Positions 15,799 to 25,535 of a stretch of DNA of 48,920 nt are shown piece after piece. The position numbers were made by a program, and so were the translations under genes. Source of the DNA: a virus (taxonomy: Duplodnaviria; Caudoviricetes); the IMG/VR virus record IMGVR_UViG_3300017700_000656, positions 1 through 48,920 of that record. One strand, written 5' to 3'. Positions within the stretch are counted from its first letter, which is position 1, and each line of letters starts with the position of its first letter. Below the pieces are notes generated by a model. That model saw only the letters and a program-made list of their open reading frames with translations. It was not told where the DNA came from and ran no database searches.

Positions 15799-16736
15799 AG
15801 CAGTTCGTGGCGGGTGCGCTCTGTGCGCTGCTCCTGGCGGGTGGTTGGCTGTCGTCTCCGGTGGGGGCGCAGCAGATCATGCGGATTTACGGCACGGTCG
15901 GTGGCGTGCCGATTGCGCTCTTGGCGAACTCGTCGGGCGTGCTGCGCGTGTCGCTGGATGGTGGCTCGATCCCGGCTTCGACGTGCGCGGCGCCGGCGCT
16001 CAATGAAACCGGGTTCCTCACGACGGGTATCGCGTTCACGGCGGTCCCGGCGGTATCTATTTCCGTGGCAGGAACGTGCATCGTCACGGCGACGGCTACG
16101 GCGTTCACGAGCACGGTGCCTGGAGTGTTCCCGAACGGCTCACTCGGTAGTCCAAGTGTTGTCATCGGTCAGGATGGCAATGGCTGGTTCCGTAATGGGG
16201 CAACAGAGGTTGTTGGCTCTGTTGGTGGTGGCGCCGCGTTCGGATGGGGCACATCCGGCGGGGTTGCCTACGGCCAAATTTTCGGGAATGAGGCTCGGCT
16301 ATATTTCAGTGGCGACACGATCATTCAACGGGACAACGCGGCCAACACCCTCGCGCAGCGCAACGGCACGAATGCACAGTCCTTCCGTGTCTACAACACC
16401 GTTAGTGGTGGCGATAGTGAGTTTCTGAGCTACCTGTGGTCGTCTAACATCGCCTATATCGGCACCGAAAAGACTGGTGCTGGTACCGCTCGGGCGTTTC
16501 GTATCCAGACCGCCGGGTCGGGTCGGTGGGAGTTTACGGCCAGTGATGGCCACATGCTGGCCGTGACCGATAACGTGACGGACATCGGCGCTAGTGGGGC
16601 GACCAGGCCGCGCACAGTTTACGCAGGCACATCCGTCGTTGCTCCTGCATACACGGTCGGTGCCACGGCCGGCGCGTCTGGTACGTGCGCCTCCGCGACC
16701 GTGGTCAATGGCATCGTCACGGTCTGCACCCCGTAA
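15789..16736 (+). CDS. Fibre/spike-like protein with Sec-type signal peptide (315 aa)
   Basis: MRIKQFVAGALCALLLAGGWLSSPVGA-Q; G/T/A/S-rich body with fibre-like motifs. Confidence 0.8.
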   Translation: MRIKQFVAGALCALLLAGGWLSSPVGAQQIMRIYGTVGGVPIALLANSSGVLRVSLDGGSIPASTCAAPALNETGFLTTGIAFTAVPAVSISVAGTCIVTATATAFTSTVPGVFPNGSLGSPSVVIGQDGNGWFRNGATEVVGSVGGGAAFGWGTSGGVAYGQIFGNEARLYFSGDTIIQRDNAANTLAQRNGTNAQSFRVYNTVSGGDSEFLSYLWSSNIAYIGTEKTGAGTARAFRIQTAGSGRWEFTASDGHMLAVTDNVTDIGASGATRPRTVYAGTSVVAPAYTVGATAGASGTCASATVVNGIVTVCTP

Positions 16737-16753
16737 CTTTTCAGGAAACCAAG

Positions 16754-18112
16754 ATGACCAAGATTCGCACATTCCTCGTAGGCGCCCTTCTGTTGACGGC
16801 CTTCCTGGCCACCCCACAGGGGCAGGATTCAATCATCCGGCTCACGGGTGACGGGTGGCTCGTCGCGGCCGGCAATCGCGTCCCGTTGCTCCTGGGGAGT
16901 GACGGCAAGGGGTTTCTGAAGATTGACGTCGATGGCGCGGTGACGTTCATCAACGGGGCGACCTTCACGTTTCCGGCAGGTGCGTTCACGGGCCAGTTGC
17001 TCGGGACGGCGAGTGCGACGATTCCGCCGTACTCGTTCTCGGGCGACACGAACACCGGCTACGGCGCGAGTGCGGCGGACACGCTGGCGCTGTTTGCGGG
17101 GGGCACGACGCCTCGTGTGACCATTTCGTCGACATTGTTCACGAGCACGTTGCCTGTTCTTGGGCCTGACGGTGGGCTTACAACGGTCGGCTTGGGTTTT
17201 GCGAGTGACCCCAATACGGGACTGATCAGTTCCGCCGCCGATCAACTCGGGGTGGTCGTTGGGGGGGCGTTTACGAACGTCTTTTTGGCGAATGGTTTGT
17301 ACGGCAACCTGTTTGTCACATCATCTGGGACTCTTAATTTCGCGTCTGGTGGATTCGGAAGTGGAGCCGACGCGACGTTCTCTCGTCTCGCCGCGGGTTC
17401 CGTTGGCCTCACCGCTGTCGGCACGGCCACGACCTCGACCGACGGCTTCTCTCAGATCAACTCGACGGCGGCCACGGTGGGGGCGACGGTCCAAATCTCG
17501 CGGCGGCTGCGGCTACAGGGCGCGGGGTGGGACGTAGACGATGCGGTGTCGCGCGCGGTGAGCTTCTTCACGGAAGTGCTACCGGTGAGTGGGAACACGG
17601 TGGCCGGGACGTGGCGGCTGGGGTCTATAGATCCAGTGAGCGCGGCGGTGACGTACCCAGCGACGCTCACGGATGGTGGTAATTTCACGATCCTTGGGTC
17701 GCAGGTGAACAGCGGCGGCGTCCAAGTTGGTGCGGCGCAGAGAATTCGCTGGGCGGTCAGCACCGTGCAGATCGCGCCATCTAACGGCCTGCTCAACTAC
17801 CTGGCTGATTCCGAAACCGTCGGTATCCAGGTCAATATCGGGACTGCCGCACCAGCGGTTTCCACCTGTGGCACGGGCGCAATCACCGCCAACTCTCGCA
17901 ACGTCACCGGCGAATTCACGGCTACGGGCGCGACGGCCTGCACGGTTGATTTCGGGGCGCCCGCTTGGACCAACACCCCGTTCTGTGTCGTGACGCTCCG
18001 CAACGCGCCGACCACGACCCCTTACATCTCGGCCATCTCCGCTACCGCCTTCACCGTGAGCGGCCTCACCGCCAACGACGTGGTGGCGTACCACTGTATC
18101 GGGCGCATCTAA
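16754..18112 (+). CDS. Fibre/spike-like protein with Sec-type signal peptide (452 aa)
   Basis: AGGA RBS; MTKIRTFLVGALLLTAFLATPQG-Q; repeated F-x-x-D-x-NTG...AAD-x-L units typical of phage fibres. Confidence 0.8.
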   Translation: MTKIRTFLVGALLLTAFLATPQGQDSIIRLTGDGWLVAAGNRVPLLLGSDGKGFLKIDVDGAVTFINGATFTFPAGAFTGQLLGTASATIPPYSFSGDTNTGYGASAADTLALFAGGTTPRVTISSTLFTSTLPVLGPDGGLTTVGLGFASDPNTGLISSAADQLGVVVGGAFTNVFLANGLYGNLFVTSSGTLNFASGGFGSGADATFSRLAAGSVGLTAVGTATTSTDGFSQINSTAATVGATVQISRRLRLQGAGWDVDDAVSRAVSFFTEVLPVSGNTVAGTWRLGSIDPVSAAVTYPATLTDGGNFTILGSQVNSGGVQVGAAQRIRWAVSTVQIAPSNGLLNYLADSETVGIQVNIGTAAPAVSTCGTGAITANSRNVTGEFTATGATACTVDFGAPAWTNTPFCVVTLRNAPTTTPYISAISATAFTVSGLTANDVVAYHCIGRI

Positions 18113-18149
18113 GGCGCCCCATGCTATCCTCTCGCTCGGAGGAAACGAC

Positions 18150-18368
18150 GTGAAAGCATTCGGAATTGGGGTTCTCGGATTCGTGCTCATGGCCGCCGTC
18201 GCCTACGGCGGTCTTCTCACGTACAACCGCATCCAGGTGGAGCGGACGAAGGAAGCGATTTTGGTCGATTTGGCGTGCCAGTCGCCGTTGACGAAGGCGA
18301 AGTTCGGCGTCCAGTGTGCGGCGGCGCCGGCGGCCACTAATGTTTCGCCGCCGGGCCCCCCGCAGTAA
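18150..18368 (+). CDS. Small membrane-anchored protein (72 aa)
   Basis: GGAGG RBS; N-terminal hydrophobic helix; two Cys. Confidence 0.75.
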   Translation: MKAFGIGVLGFVLMAAVAYGGLLTYNRIQVERTKEAILVDLACQSPLTKAKFGVQCAAAPAATNVSPPGPPQ

Positions 18369-18380
18369 GGATCCCACTCG

Positions 18381-19091
18381 ATGGCTACCACGTTCACGAC
18401 CTTGCTCGGCCGCGTCCGCACGAACCTCGTGTCATCTGGTTCCAGTGACACGTTTTACACGGACGCGATGATCTTGGCCGAATTGAACGATGGCATGTGG
18501 GACCTGCAGAAGGCGATCAACGCGCTCTACCAGGATTACTACTTCACGACCACGCCGTCGGCGGTGTCGATCGCGGCGAATGGGACCACGATTTCGGGGT
18601 GGCCAACTGACGTCATGGTGGTGCGCGGCCTCGAGCCGGCGGTCCCGGCGTCGTATCCATTTCTCGAATTCGTCTTCAAGCCCTACACGTCGCCAGAATT
18701 CATGGCGGCGCGGCGGTTGACCGCTCAGGATCCAACGCAGTTGTCGCGCATGTTGGTGGCCATCACGGGTGCGGCGGGTCCGGTAGCGGCGGGCACCGTC
18801 TACGTGGCGCCGGCGCCGACGACCGCGCTATCTCTGCGCCTGACCTATATTCCGACGATCGCGCCGAAGATTGCCGCCAACGACAACCCCATCCCGGGCC
18901 AGTCCGACAAGGCCCTGATTGCCTACGCGACGGCCTACGTGCGTTCGCGTATTCGGGATGACCAATCGCCCGACCCGTCGTGGCTCTCGCTCTACGCCAC
19001 CGAAAAACAGAATCTCTTGGTGGCGTTGGCGCCGCGGCAGGAGCAGGACGACCAGGTGGCTGAGGGGTTGTTCGAGGGTTGGGGAAATTAG
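18381..19091 (+). CDS. Putative head-tail adaptor
   Basis: N-terminus TFTTLLGRVRTNL...YTDAMILAELNDG and C-terminal IP...ALIAYA pattern of podovirus-type adaptors. Confidence 0.65.
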   Translation: MATTFTTLLGRVRTNLVSSGSSDTFYTDAMILAELNDGMWDLQKAINALYQDYYFTTTPSAVSIAANGTTISGWPTDVMVVRGLEPAVPASYPFLEFVFKPYTSPEFMAARRLTAQDPTQLSRMLVAITGAAGPVAAGTVYVAPAPTTALSLRLTYIPTIAPKIAANDNPIPGQSDKALIAYATAYVRSRIRDDQSPDPSWLSLYATEKQNLLVALAPRQEQDDQVAEGLFEGWGN

Positions 19092-19097
19092 GCTCCC

Positions 19098-20357
19098 ATG
19101 GCGAGTGGTAAATTCAACCTCTACGACATTGGCCAAGCCGGCGTTAATGTCGTCGTCAACCCACTCCAATTACAAAAGGATGCGGCGGTCCTCCTGCAGA
19201 ATGTCGTCTTTCCGACGGCATCGGGTGAGGGCGGCATTGGCAAGCGTGGCGGCCTCACCAGGCTCAACGCTTCGGCGCTGAATAGTGGCGCCAGCGTGCT
19301 GGCCATCGGCAGCGTGCCCCTACCAAATCCCTTCAACGCGGCGACGTTGCCGCGTAAATACATGTACGTAGCCGACGAGACGGAGGTCTGGTACCGCTCG
19401 TCTGATGGCGCGGTGTGGACACCGGTCGATACACCTGGCACTCCGGGGTTCTTTTCGAATCCTGGAAAACCCGTGTTGGGAATTCCGCCCGTGCAGCCGG
19501 TCGTTGGGTTGATGCTTTACGTGAGTGGTGATGGCGCTCACGATGACATTTGGGTCTGGGATAACACCAGTGCCAGGTTGGTCTTGGTGTGTCCGTCGGT
19601 CGATACGACCGTGCCCATCGAGGAAGCGTTCTGTGCCGGCGCCAGTGGGTTTCATAACGGCGCGTACTACTTCGGCACGATTGCTTACACCTACGGGCGT
19701 CTGTTCCGCCTGGATATGGTCACGGGCCAGTTGACTATGATCATCGGCGCGATGGGTGCCGACTACACCGCGTACAGCATCTTCTCCTTCGTGGGGCAAT
19801 TGTTCGTCGGGGTGTCCGATGACAACTCTGGCGGTGCGACCAGTTACGTGTATCGATGTAATCCCGATAGCGATACGGCCTGGACGGTGGACTCGGCGGC
19901 GCTGACCGGTGTTCCCGTGTCGATGGTGAATTTCCTTGGGAATCTCTATATCGGCACCGGGTCAAAAGTCGCCGCGCAATCCATGAACATCTACAAGCGC
20001 ACGCCTAGCGGTGTGTACTCGACGGTGTTCACGGACGCGACGCCCTGGAACGTGACCTGCGGCGGCCAACTGGCGGTGTTTGCGGACAAGATTTTTGCCT
20101 ACATGGCGGGGACCATCTATTCGTCGCCGGATGGGGCCGTGTGGACGTCTGAGCTCGACGTGTTCACGACGTATACCAGTTTCGCGGGTCGGTGTGGCCG
20201 GCCCGTGGAATTCGACGGGGCCCTGTACTGGCCGTTCGAAGACACGGCGGACACGGGTACGGGTCGTGTGCTCAAGCGCACGTCGGCCGGGGTATGGTCC
20301 AGCGTGTTGGGGCCCACCACGTTGGAAGGAATTTTGACCGTGTTGGAGTTACCGTAA
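19098..20357 (+). CDS. Tail protein: nozzle-like N-terminus plus beta-propeller (419 aa)
   Basis: GVNVVVNPLQL...LLQNVVF...GIGKRGG start; repeated blades (FxGxLY, SSDGAVWT). Confidence 0.65.
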   Translation: MASGKFNLYDIGQAGVNVVVNPLQLQKDAAVLLQNVVFPTASGEGGIGKRGGLTRLNASALNSGASVLAIGSVPLPNPFNAATLPRKYMYVADETEVWYRSSDGAVWTPVDTPGTPGFFSNPGKPVLGIPPVQPVVGLMLYVSGDGAHDDIWVWDNTSARLVLVCPSVDTTVPIEEAFCAGASGFHNGAYYFGTIAYTYGRLFRLDMVTGQLTMIIGAMGADYTAYSIFSFVGQLFVGVSDDNSGGATSYVYRCNPDSDTAWTVDSAALTGVPVSMVNFLGNLYIGTGSKVAAQSMNIYKRTPSGVYSTVFTDATPWNVTCGGQLAVFADKIFAYMAGTIYSSPDGAVWTSELDVFTTYTSFAGRCGRPVEFDGALYWPFEDTADTGTGRVLKRTSAGVWSSVLGPTTLEGILTVLELP

Positions 20358-21958
20358 TGGCGTGGTCGATTGCCCAGGCCGGCGGCAAGCTTTACGCGAT
20401 TGGGACCAACGGGTCCGCGACGGAAATTGTGCTGCCCGACGGCGTGACGTTGGATCAAACCAAGCGGCTGCGCATGGCACTCCTGAATCGTTCGGTGATT
20501 CTGTCGCATAGCCCGACCGTCAATCTGTCGGTGGATAGCGACGGGACGTGTCGCATCCTGGTGCCCCGCGCGCCAGTGTTTCCCCCGACGTTGGCGGCTG
20601 GCGCCGGCACTGGCCTGAGTGGTGTCTACAAGGTGCGGTTCTCGAACGCGATTAAGGACCGATTTGGTCGGGTGGTGAGCGAAAGCCCGATGAGTCCGGT
20701 GGCGACGATTACCGCCGTCAACACTGGCATTGCCGTCAGTGGCATCACGGTGTCGAACGAAGAATCCGTGAATTGCCGGATCATCTATCGAACCACCACG
20801 GGTGGCGAGGTTTACTTCCGCTGGGCGATGTTGGATGACAACATCATCACCACGTACGACAACAACATGCAGGACGCGGCCCTGTCGTTGTTTGCCACCT
20901 TGAGTGACCAGTTGGGATTGCCGCCGGGGTCCGCCGGCGGGACGCGCATGAAGCTCCTGGTGCAATGGAAGGGCGCGTTGTGGGGCGTGTCGGACCTGCC
21001 GGAAGACGTCGACAATCTGCGGCGCACGGTCGTTCAACAGCCGTGGGCGTGGCCGGCGTCGCGGTACTTCCCGATCGCGCCTATTGGTGGCACGACAGAA
21101 GGCATCACCGCCCTCATCCCGCGCAAGTCCGACCTAGGTGTGTGCAAGCGCGATGCGGTGCAGAAGATCATTGGTGAGAACGAAGAAGAATGGCAACCGA
21201 TCAAGGTGATCGAGGGGGCCGGTTGCATCGCACCTGATTCGGTGGCCGTCATCAAAGACGTGGGCTACTGCCTCGGTGAAGACGGGCTCTACCAGTACGA
21301 CGACGAAGGGTTCACGCTGCTCTCAAGAGCCGACGTGCATGCGTGGTTCACGACCGACACGTACTTCAACCGGGCGATGTTTCCGCAAGCGGTCGGCCGG
21401 TGGAATCCGCTCCTTGATTGCTACGAGCTCCACTTGGCGGCCGCCGGGTCGTCGGTGCTCGACCGGTGGATTAGCTTCGACATCAAGACTCGGGTTTTCT
21501 ACGGGCCGCACAAGACGACTGCCTTCACGCCGACGGCGGCGGCGTGTGTGCAGGATGCGTACGGTTCAATCATCCCCTTGATCGGTGGTAATGACGGGTT
21601 CATCTATTCGATGAACAACGCGACGCGGACGGACGGTACGGCCACGGCAATCGACCTGGACGCGCGGTTCATTCTCACGGGCGACACGCCCGACATCGAG
21701 AAAGTCTTCGCGGCGCCCAGCGTCCTGACGCGCATTGAGCCCGCGGCGCTAGGCACGCTCGAGTTTATTCCCACGCTCGGCGGTCTAGATGCGTCGGCGG
21801 GCACCACGCAAACCGTGAGTCTCATCGTGGGGCGTCAACGCCTTGACGTGCTTGGCGCGGGCCGCTTGCTGCAGGTGCGGTTGCGGCAGAACACGAACGC
21901 CCAAGACGTCCTCATCTACGGCGCCGAAATTCCGTTCTTCGAATTGGGGCGGAAGTAA
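20357..21958 (+). CDS. Putative tail stabilisation/nozzle protein (P22 gp10-like; 533 aa)
   Basis: TAATG coupling; motifs [15 protein letters not shown] and [10 protein letters not shown]; position after the adaptor. Confidence 0.7.
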   Translation: MAWSIAQAGGKLYAIGTNGSATEIVLPDGVTLDQTKRLRMALLNRSVILSHSPTVNLSVDSDGTCRILVPRAPVFPPTLAAGAGTGLSGVYKVRFSNAIKDRFGRVVSESPMSPVATITAVNTGIAVSGITVSNEESVNCRIIYRTTTGGEVYFRWAMLDDNIITTYDNNMQDAALSLFATLSDQLGLPPGSAGGTRMKLLVQWKGALWGVSDLPEDVDNLRRTVVQQPWAWPASRYFPIAPIGGTTEGITALIPRKSDLGVCKRDAVQKIIGENEEEWQPIKVIEGAGCIAPDSVAVIKDVGYCLGEDGLYQYDDEGFTLLSRADVHAWFTTDTYFNRAMFPQAVGRWNPLLDCYELHLAAAGSSVLDRWISFDIKTRVFYGPHKTTAFTPTAAACVQDAYGSIIPLIGGNDGFIYSMNNATRTDGTATAIDLDARFILTGDTPDIEKVFAAPSVLTRIEPAALGTLEFIPTLGGLDASAGTTQTVSLIVGRQRLDVLGAGRLLQVRLRQNTNAQDVLIYGAEIPFFELGRK

Positions 21959-22893
21959 TGGGCATCCCGACAAAGCCCTACACCGTGGCGTCGCAATGGA
22001 CGCCGCGCACCAGTGCCGGCATTGATGAAAACTTCGACACCATCTTTGCTATCTTGCGGCGCCTCGGCGTGGCGACGGATGGCGTGGACGGGCGCAGTAT
22101 CATCGGGCCGCCGGGGCCTGAAGGTGACGAAGGAATGCCCGGGGCGCCAGGGCCGCGCGGGGTCCGTGGCCTGATTGGTCCGACCGGTCCCGCCGGGACG
22201 CCTGGTGGTCCCATGGGGCCGCCGGGGGTCAGTGGTGAGGACGGGGAGTGTTTCTTCGTGCCCGGCGTTCGTGGTGCAACGGGTGCCGATGGCACATCTG
22301 GGCCGACCGTGGGGCCCGCTTTCACGGCGCCAGTGGATGCCGACTTCTCGTGGGTGAACCAAGGCGCGGCCTCGGTGAGCACGGGCGACCAGGGCATCCT
22401 GCTGAGCGTACCCGCGACGGCGGCGGATAGTCTGCGGTTGCGCATGAAGAACGCACCAGCGACGCCCTACACAATCACGGCGGCGTTTTTTGCTACTGCC
22501 GGCGTGAATGCGGCCAGTGGTGCGAGTTACGGGTTGGTCTTCCGAGAAGCGGCGACGGGCGAACTGCATACCATGTTGGCGTGTGTGAGTCCGACGGGGA
22601 TTCTCTCAAGCAGTAAATTTAGCAGCGCCACGGCGTTTAGTGCCCACTATACGAGCACGACGCAAAGCGCGATGAACATTCCCCAGAGCCGTATTCCGAT
22701 CATGTGGCTGCGAATCACCGACGACGGGGCGAATCGGCTGACTTACTACTCGCTCGATGGCTATGATTTCGTTCAATACACGACGGTCGGCCGCACCGAC
22801 TTTCTAACGGCCGACCAGGTTGGATTCTTTTGTAATTCGCGTGACGCGGCGGTGGCGGCCAAGGTGCGGTTGCTGTCGTGGTTAGAATCCTAA
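21958..22893 (+). CDS. Collagen-repeat fibre with C-terminal lectin-like beta-sandwich
   Basis: Gly-X-Y triplets ([19 protein letters not shown]...); C-terminal WLRITDDG...YYSLDG pattern. Confidence 0.8.
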   Translation: MGIPTKPYTVASQWTPRTSAGIDENFDTIFAILRRLGVATDGVDGRSIIGPPGPEGDEGMPGAPGPRGVRGLIGPTGPAGTPGGPMGPPGVSGEDGECFFVPGVRGATGADGTSGPTVGPAFTAPVDADFSWVNQGAASVSTGDQGILLSVPATAADSLRLRMKNAPATPYTITAAFFATAGVNAASGASYGLVFREAATGELHTMLACVSPTGILSSSKFSSATAFSAHYTSTTQSAMNIPQSRIPIMWLRITDDGANRLTYYSLDGYDFVQYTTVGRTDFLTADQVGFFCNSRDAAVAAKVRLLSWLES

Positions 22894-22910
22894 CGAGAGA
22901 GGGTATTTAG

Positions 22911-23249
22911 ATGGCTGGCTTGATTTCACGTCTCGCGGGTCCGTTGGCGCTGACCACGACCTACACGACGAACATTTACAACCCCTCGGCCAACACCAAG
23001 GGCATCGTCCGCCAAATCAACGTGGCGAACAACGGTGCCGCGTCCACCTTCCGGCTGTTTCTCGGGGCCAGCGGCGCGAACGCGGCCGGCACGCACCTGT
23101 ACTACGACTACGCGATTGGTGCCAACGAAGTGTTGCCCATCTACTTCCCATCGGGGCTCGAGATGACCGCTTCGGACTTCCTGGTCGGTGGCGCCCTCGA
23201 CGCGACGCGGTTGGACATCACCGTGCTAGGCGACAAGATCGCGGCGTAA
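22911..23249 (+). CDS. Putative small virion protein (112 aa)
   Basis: GAGAGAGGG RBS; beta-sandwich-like composition. Confidence 0.75.
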   Translation: MAGLISRLAGPLALTTTYTTNIYNPSANTKGIVRQINVANNGAASTFRLFLGASGANAAGTHLYYDYAIGANEVLPIYFPSGLEMTASDFLVGGALDATRLDITVLGDKIAA

Positions 23250-23289
23250 GGGTGTAGAATCGGGCACGGTTTTTGGGAGGGAATGACAC

Positions 23290-24072
23290 ATGGCCGTAAC
23301 TAGCGCACCAGTGACTAGCGCACCAGCCGCCACTCGCGCTGCCGGGGTGAACTTCACCGGCACGCTGTCACAGGCGGAAATTACGGCGCGGCAGAAAGCG
23401 GCGACGGCGGCCAGTGATGCCTTGGCGCGCCAGTCGCTTGCCGACCGGAATGCGGCTGAAGATCGCGCCCGGAAGTTGCGATTCGAAGATGAAGACCGCG
23501 CCAGGTTGACCGCCGCTCCCCAACAGTCGTATTCGGCGCCGGCGTCGATGGCTGCGATTAGCCCTCAGCCGATGAGCGAATACGACTATGCGGTCATTCG
23601 GAACCGTGAGAAATTGGCGGCGGAAGAATCCGACCGTCGTGCGTCTCAAGCGCGGGCTGAAGAATCCGCCGAAGCTGACCGTCGGCAGGCTTCAAACGTC
23701 GCGACCATGCAGAGTTTTTTGCAGCAGGTGACGGCGATGCCCGGGCCGTCGTCGGCGTCGGCGCCGGCACCGGCGGTTCCGCTCCCGGGCCAGCCCTCAG
23801 CGTCCGACCTCGCCTTCGCTCGAGCTAAGGATAAGGCCGGCGTAATCGGGTCGCGGGCGATGGAGGCGGCGCGGAGCTCTGGTGACAGCCGGGCGATCGA
23901 GGGTGTGATTTCTGGTACTGCCAACAAGTTGACCGATGTCGCACTGGGCCAGGCGGTTGACGAAGCGGGACGCGCGCACGCGGTGGACGACCGTAACTAC
24001 GCCGGCACGCTACAGCAGCGGCAACAGAACTTGTCGTTACTGCCGTCCATGTTGTCTCTCTTGCGGTATTAA
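23290..24072 (+). CDS. Putative internal virion/ejection protein (260 aa)
   Basis: GGAGG RBS; Ala/Gln/Arg-rich helical sequence; 15-bp duplication (VTSAP x2). Confidence 0.65.
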   Translation: MAVTSAPVTSAPAATRAAGVNFTGTLSQAEITARQKAATAASDALARQSLADRNAAEDRARKLRFEDEDRARLTAAPQQSYSAPASMAAISPQPMSEYDYAVIRNREKLAAEESDRRASQARAEESAEADRRQASNVATMQSFLQQVTAMPGPSSASAPAPAVPLPGQPSASDLAFARAKDKAGVIGSRAMEAARSSGDSRAIEGVISGTANKLTDVALGQAVDEAGRAHAVDDRNYAGTLQQRQQNLSLLPSMLSLLRY

Positions 24073-24078
24073 CGCCCA

Positions 24079-24495
24079 ATGCCTCCCCCACAAGGTCTAG
24101 TCAAGCTTTCGCGTGCGGCCGCCGATCGAAACCTAAAAGGTGACGTGTCGAACGGCTCGTACGGGAAAGATTGGTACTCGGAGCGTGGCGGTTCTCAGGT
24201 GAGCGAAGGTGGCTGGGCATCCGGTGATGACACCTGGATGAGTCCAGAATTAGCCGCGAAATTCGAGGGCTTGGCCGCGCCGACGACGCCGACATCCCCG
24301 GCGCCTGGTGGGCCGCCTGGTGGGCCGCCTGGTGGTGAGGCGATGCCCCCGTCGATGGGTGCGATTAGTCCCATGCAACAGATGGCTGGCGTGGCTCAAT
24401 CGGCCGCGAAACCAAATCTCAACCCAAACCTCGGGCAGCGCACGATGCCTGAATCTATGTCCGCGTTGGCGTCGATGGGTCGGAGGGCTTACTAG
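24079..24495 (+). CDS. Low-complexity late protein (138 aa)
   Basis: In-operon ORF with a 12-bp tandem repeat (PGGP x3). Confidence 0.65.
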   Translation: MPPPQGLVKLSRAAADRNLKGDVSNGSYGKDWYSERGGSQVSEGGWASGDDTWMSPELAAKFEGLAAPTTPTSPAPGGPPGGPPGGEAMPPSMGAISPMQQMAGVAQSAAKPNLNPNLGQRTMPESMSALASMGRRAY

Positions 24496-25521
24496 ATGGC
24501 CATTTCCTTCGACCGCAAGCCGGCGTCGTTCATGGACGATTCTGGCCGGCGGTTTGCTGCGCAAGGGGCGGGGCACGACAAGATCGCCGGAGAGAAGCTG
24601 ATTCAGGGGCGCAAGCAACGGCTGTTCGATGAGCAGCAGGCGTTGAACTACGGACCATCAACCGGGCCAATCAAGGTCGTGAATCCGAACCGTCATCTTG
24701 AGCCGACGTTGATGGACCTGGCCGGGATGGATGGCATCATGGCGCTGCAGGAAAATGCGGCGCGTGCGGACGGTAAGAATTTCCGGGTGAAGGGGTTTCC
24801 AATGGCAGCATCACAAGCCGTGCGACGTCCGTCGATGGCCGCGATCGGTGGCGGCGGTTCGGGTATGGGGACCGGCGACGGCTGGGAGCACCCCGACGTG
24901 CGCGGCGCCAAGTTGGCCATCTTGCAGAGTGCAGCCGGCCAGCATCGGCAGGCTGACATTGACGACATGCGGGCGCGTGACCCGCAGATGGTGGCATTCG
25001 ACAGGGAGCAGGCCGACAAGACGGCGATCGCCAGCGCGGGTCGGGTCGATGCCGGCATGGCGCCGATTCAGGCCAACCAGCGGCAAAGGGCCCGCGACGA
25101 AGGTGTGGCCGACACGCGCGCCGCGGCGCTCGAGCAGGAAATCAACCCCTTCTTCATCAGTGAGCGTAACCGCGCCGACAAAAACCTGGAATCGCGCGCC
25201 AGCATGGATGCGTTCGCGCGCATCATGGGCTCGATGCGGCCCGAGACGGCCGAAGTGTTCGAGTCGAAGCCGGAACTGGCCGACACGATCCGTGGTTCGG
25301 TGATGGGTGGTCGGCCGCAAGCGGAGCGTGAGCCGGTGGCGTTGGAAGAACCGCCGATGCCCGATGTGGCTACCTCGTCGCCTGGGCTCCCGCAAATCTC
25401 GGCGGTCGGTGAAATGAACCCCGCGACGCGCGTCGATATCGAGCAACAGTTGCGCGAACGTGGCTACGTCGTGAACGACCAGACGTTGATGGCCGCTTAC
25501 AATTTCCTGTCGGGGCGGTAG
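24496..25521 (+). CDS. Putative internal virion/ejection protein (341 aa)
   Basis: Abuts the upstream stop; helical; precedes the largest gene. Confidence 0.65.
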   Translation: MAISFDRKPASFMDDSGRRFAAQGAGHDKIAGEKLIQGRKQRLFDEQQALNYGPSTGPIKVVNPNRHLEPTLMDLAGMDGIMALQENAARADGKNFRVKGFPMAASQAVRRPSMAAIGGGGSGMGTGDGWEHPDVRGAKLAILQSAAGQHRQADIDDMRARDPQMVAFDREQADKTAIASAGRVDAGMAPIQANQRQRARDEGVADTRAAALEQEINPFFISERNRADKNLESRASMDAFARIMGSMRPETAEVFESKPELADTIRGSVMGGRPQAEREPVALEEPPMPDVATSSPGLPQISAVGEMNPATRVDIEQQLRERGYVVNDQTLMAAYNFLSGR

Positions 25522-25535
25522 AATAGCCCCCGACC

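Noticed and set aside
15634-15960. Diversity-generating retroelement template/variable repeat pair
   Set aside because: The differences are mostly synonymous and not adenine-specific, and there is no reverse transcriptase in the genome.
22100-24340. Short tandem repeats (collagen GXY, VTSAP x2, PGGP x3) as a regulatory array
   Set aside because: All are in-frame low-complexity coding repeats.
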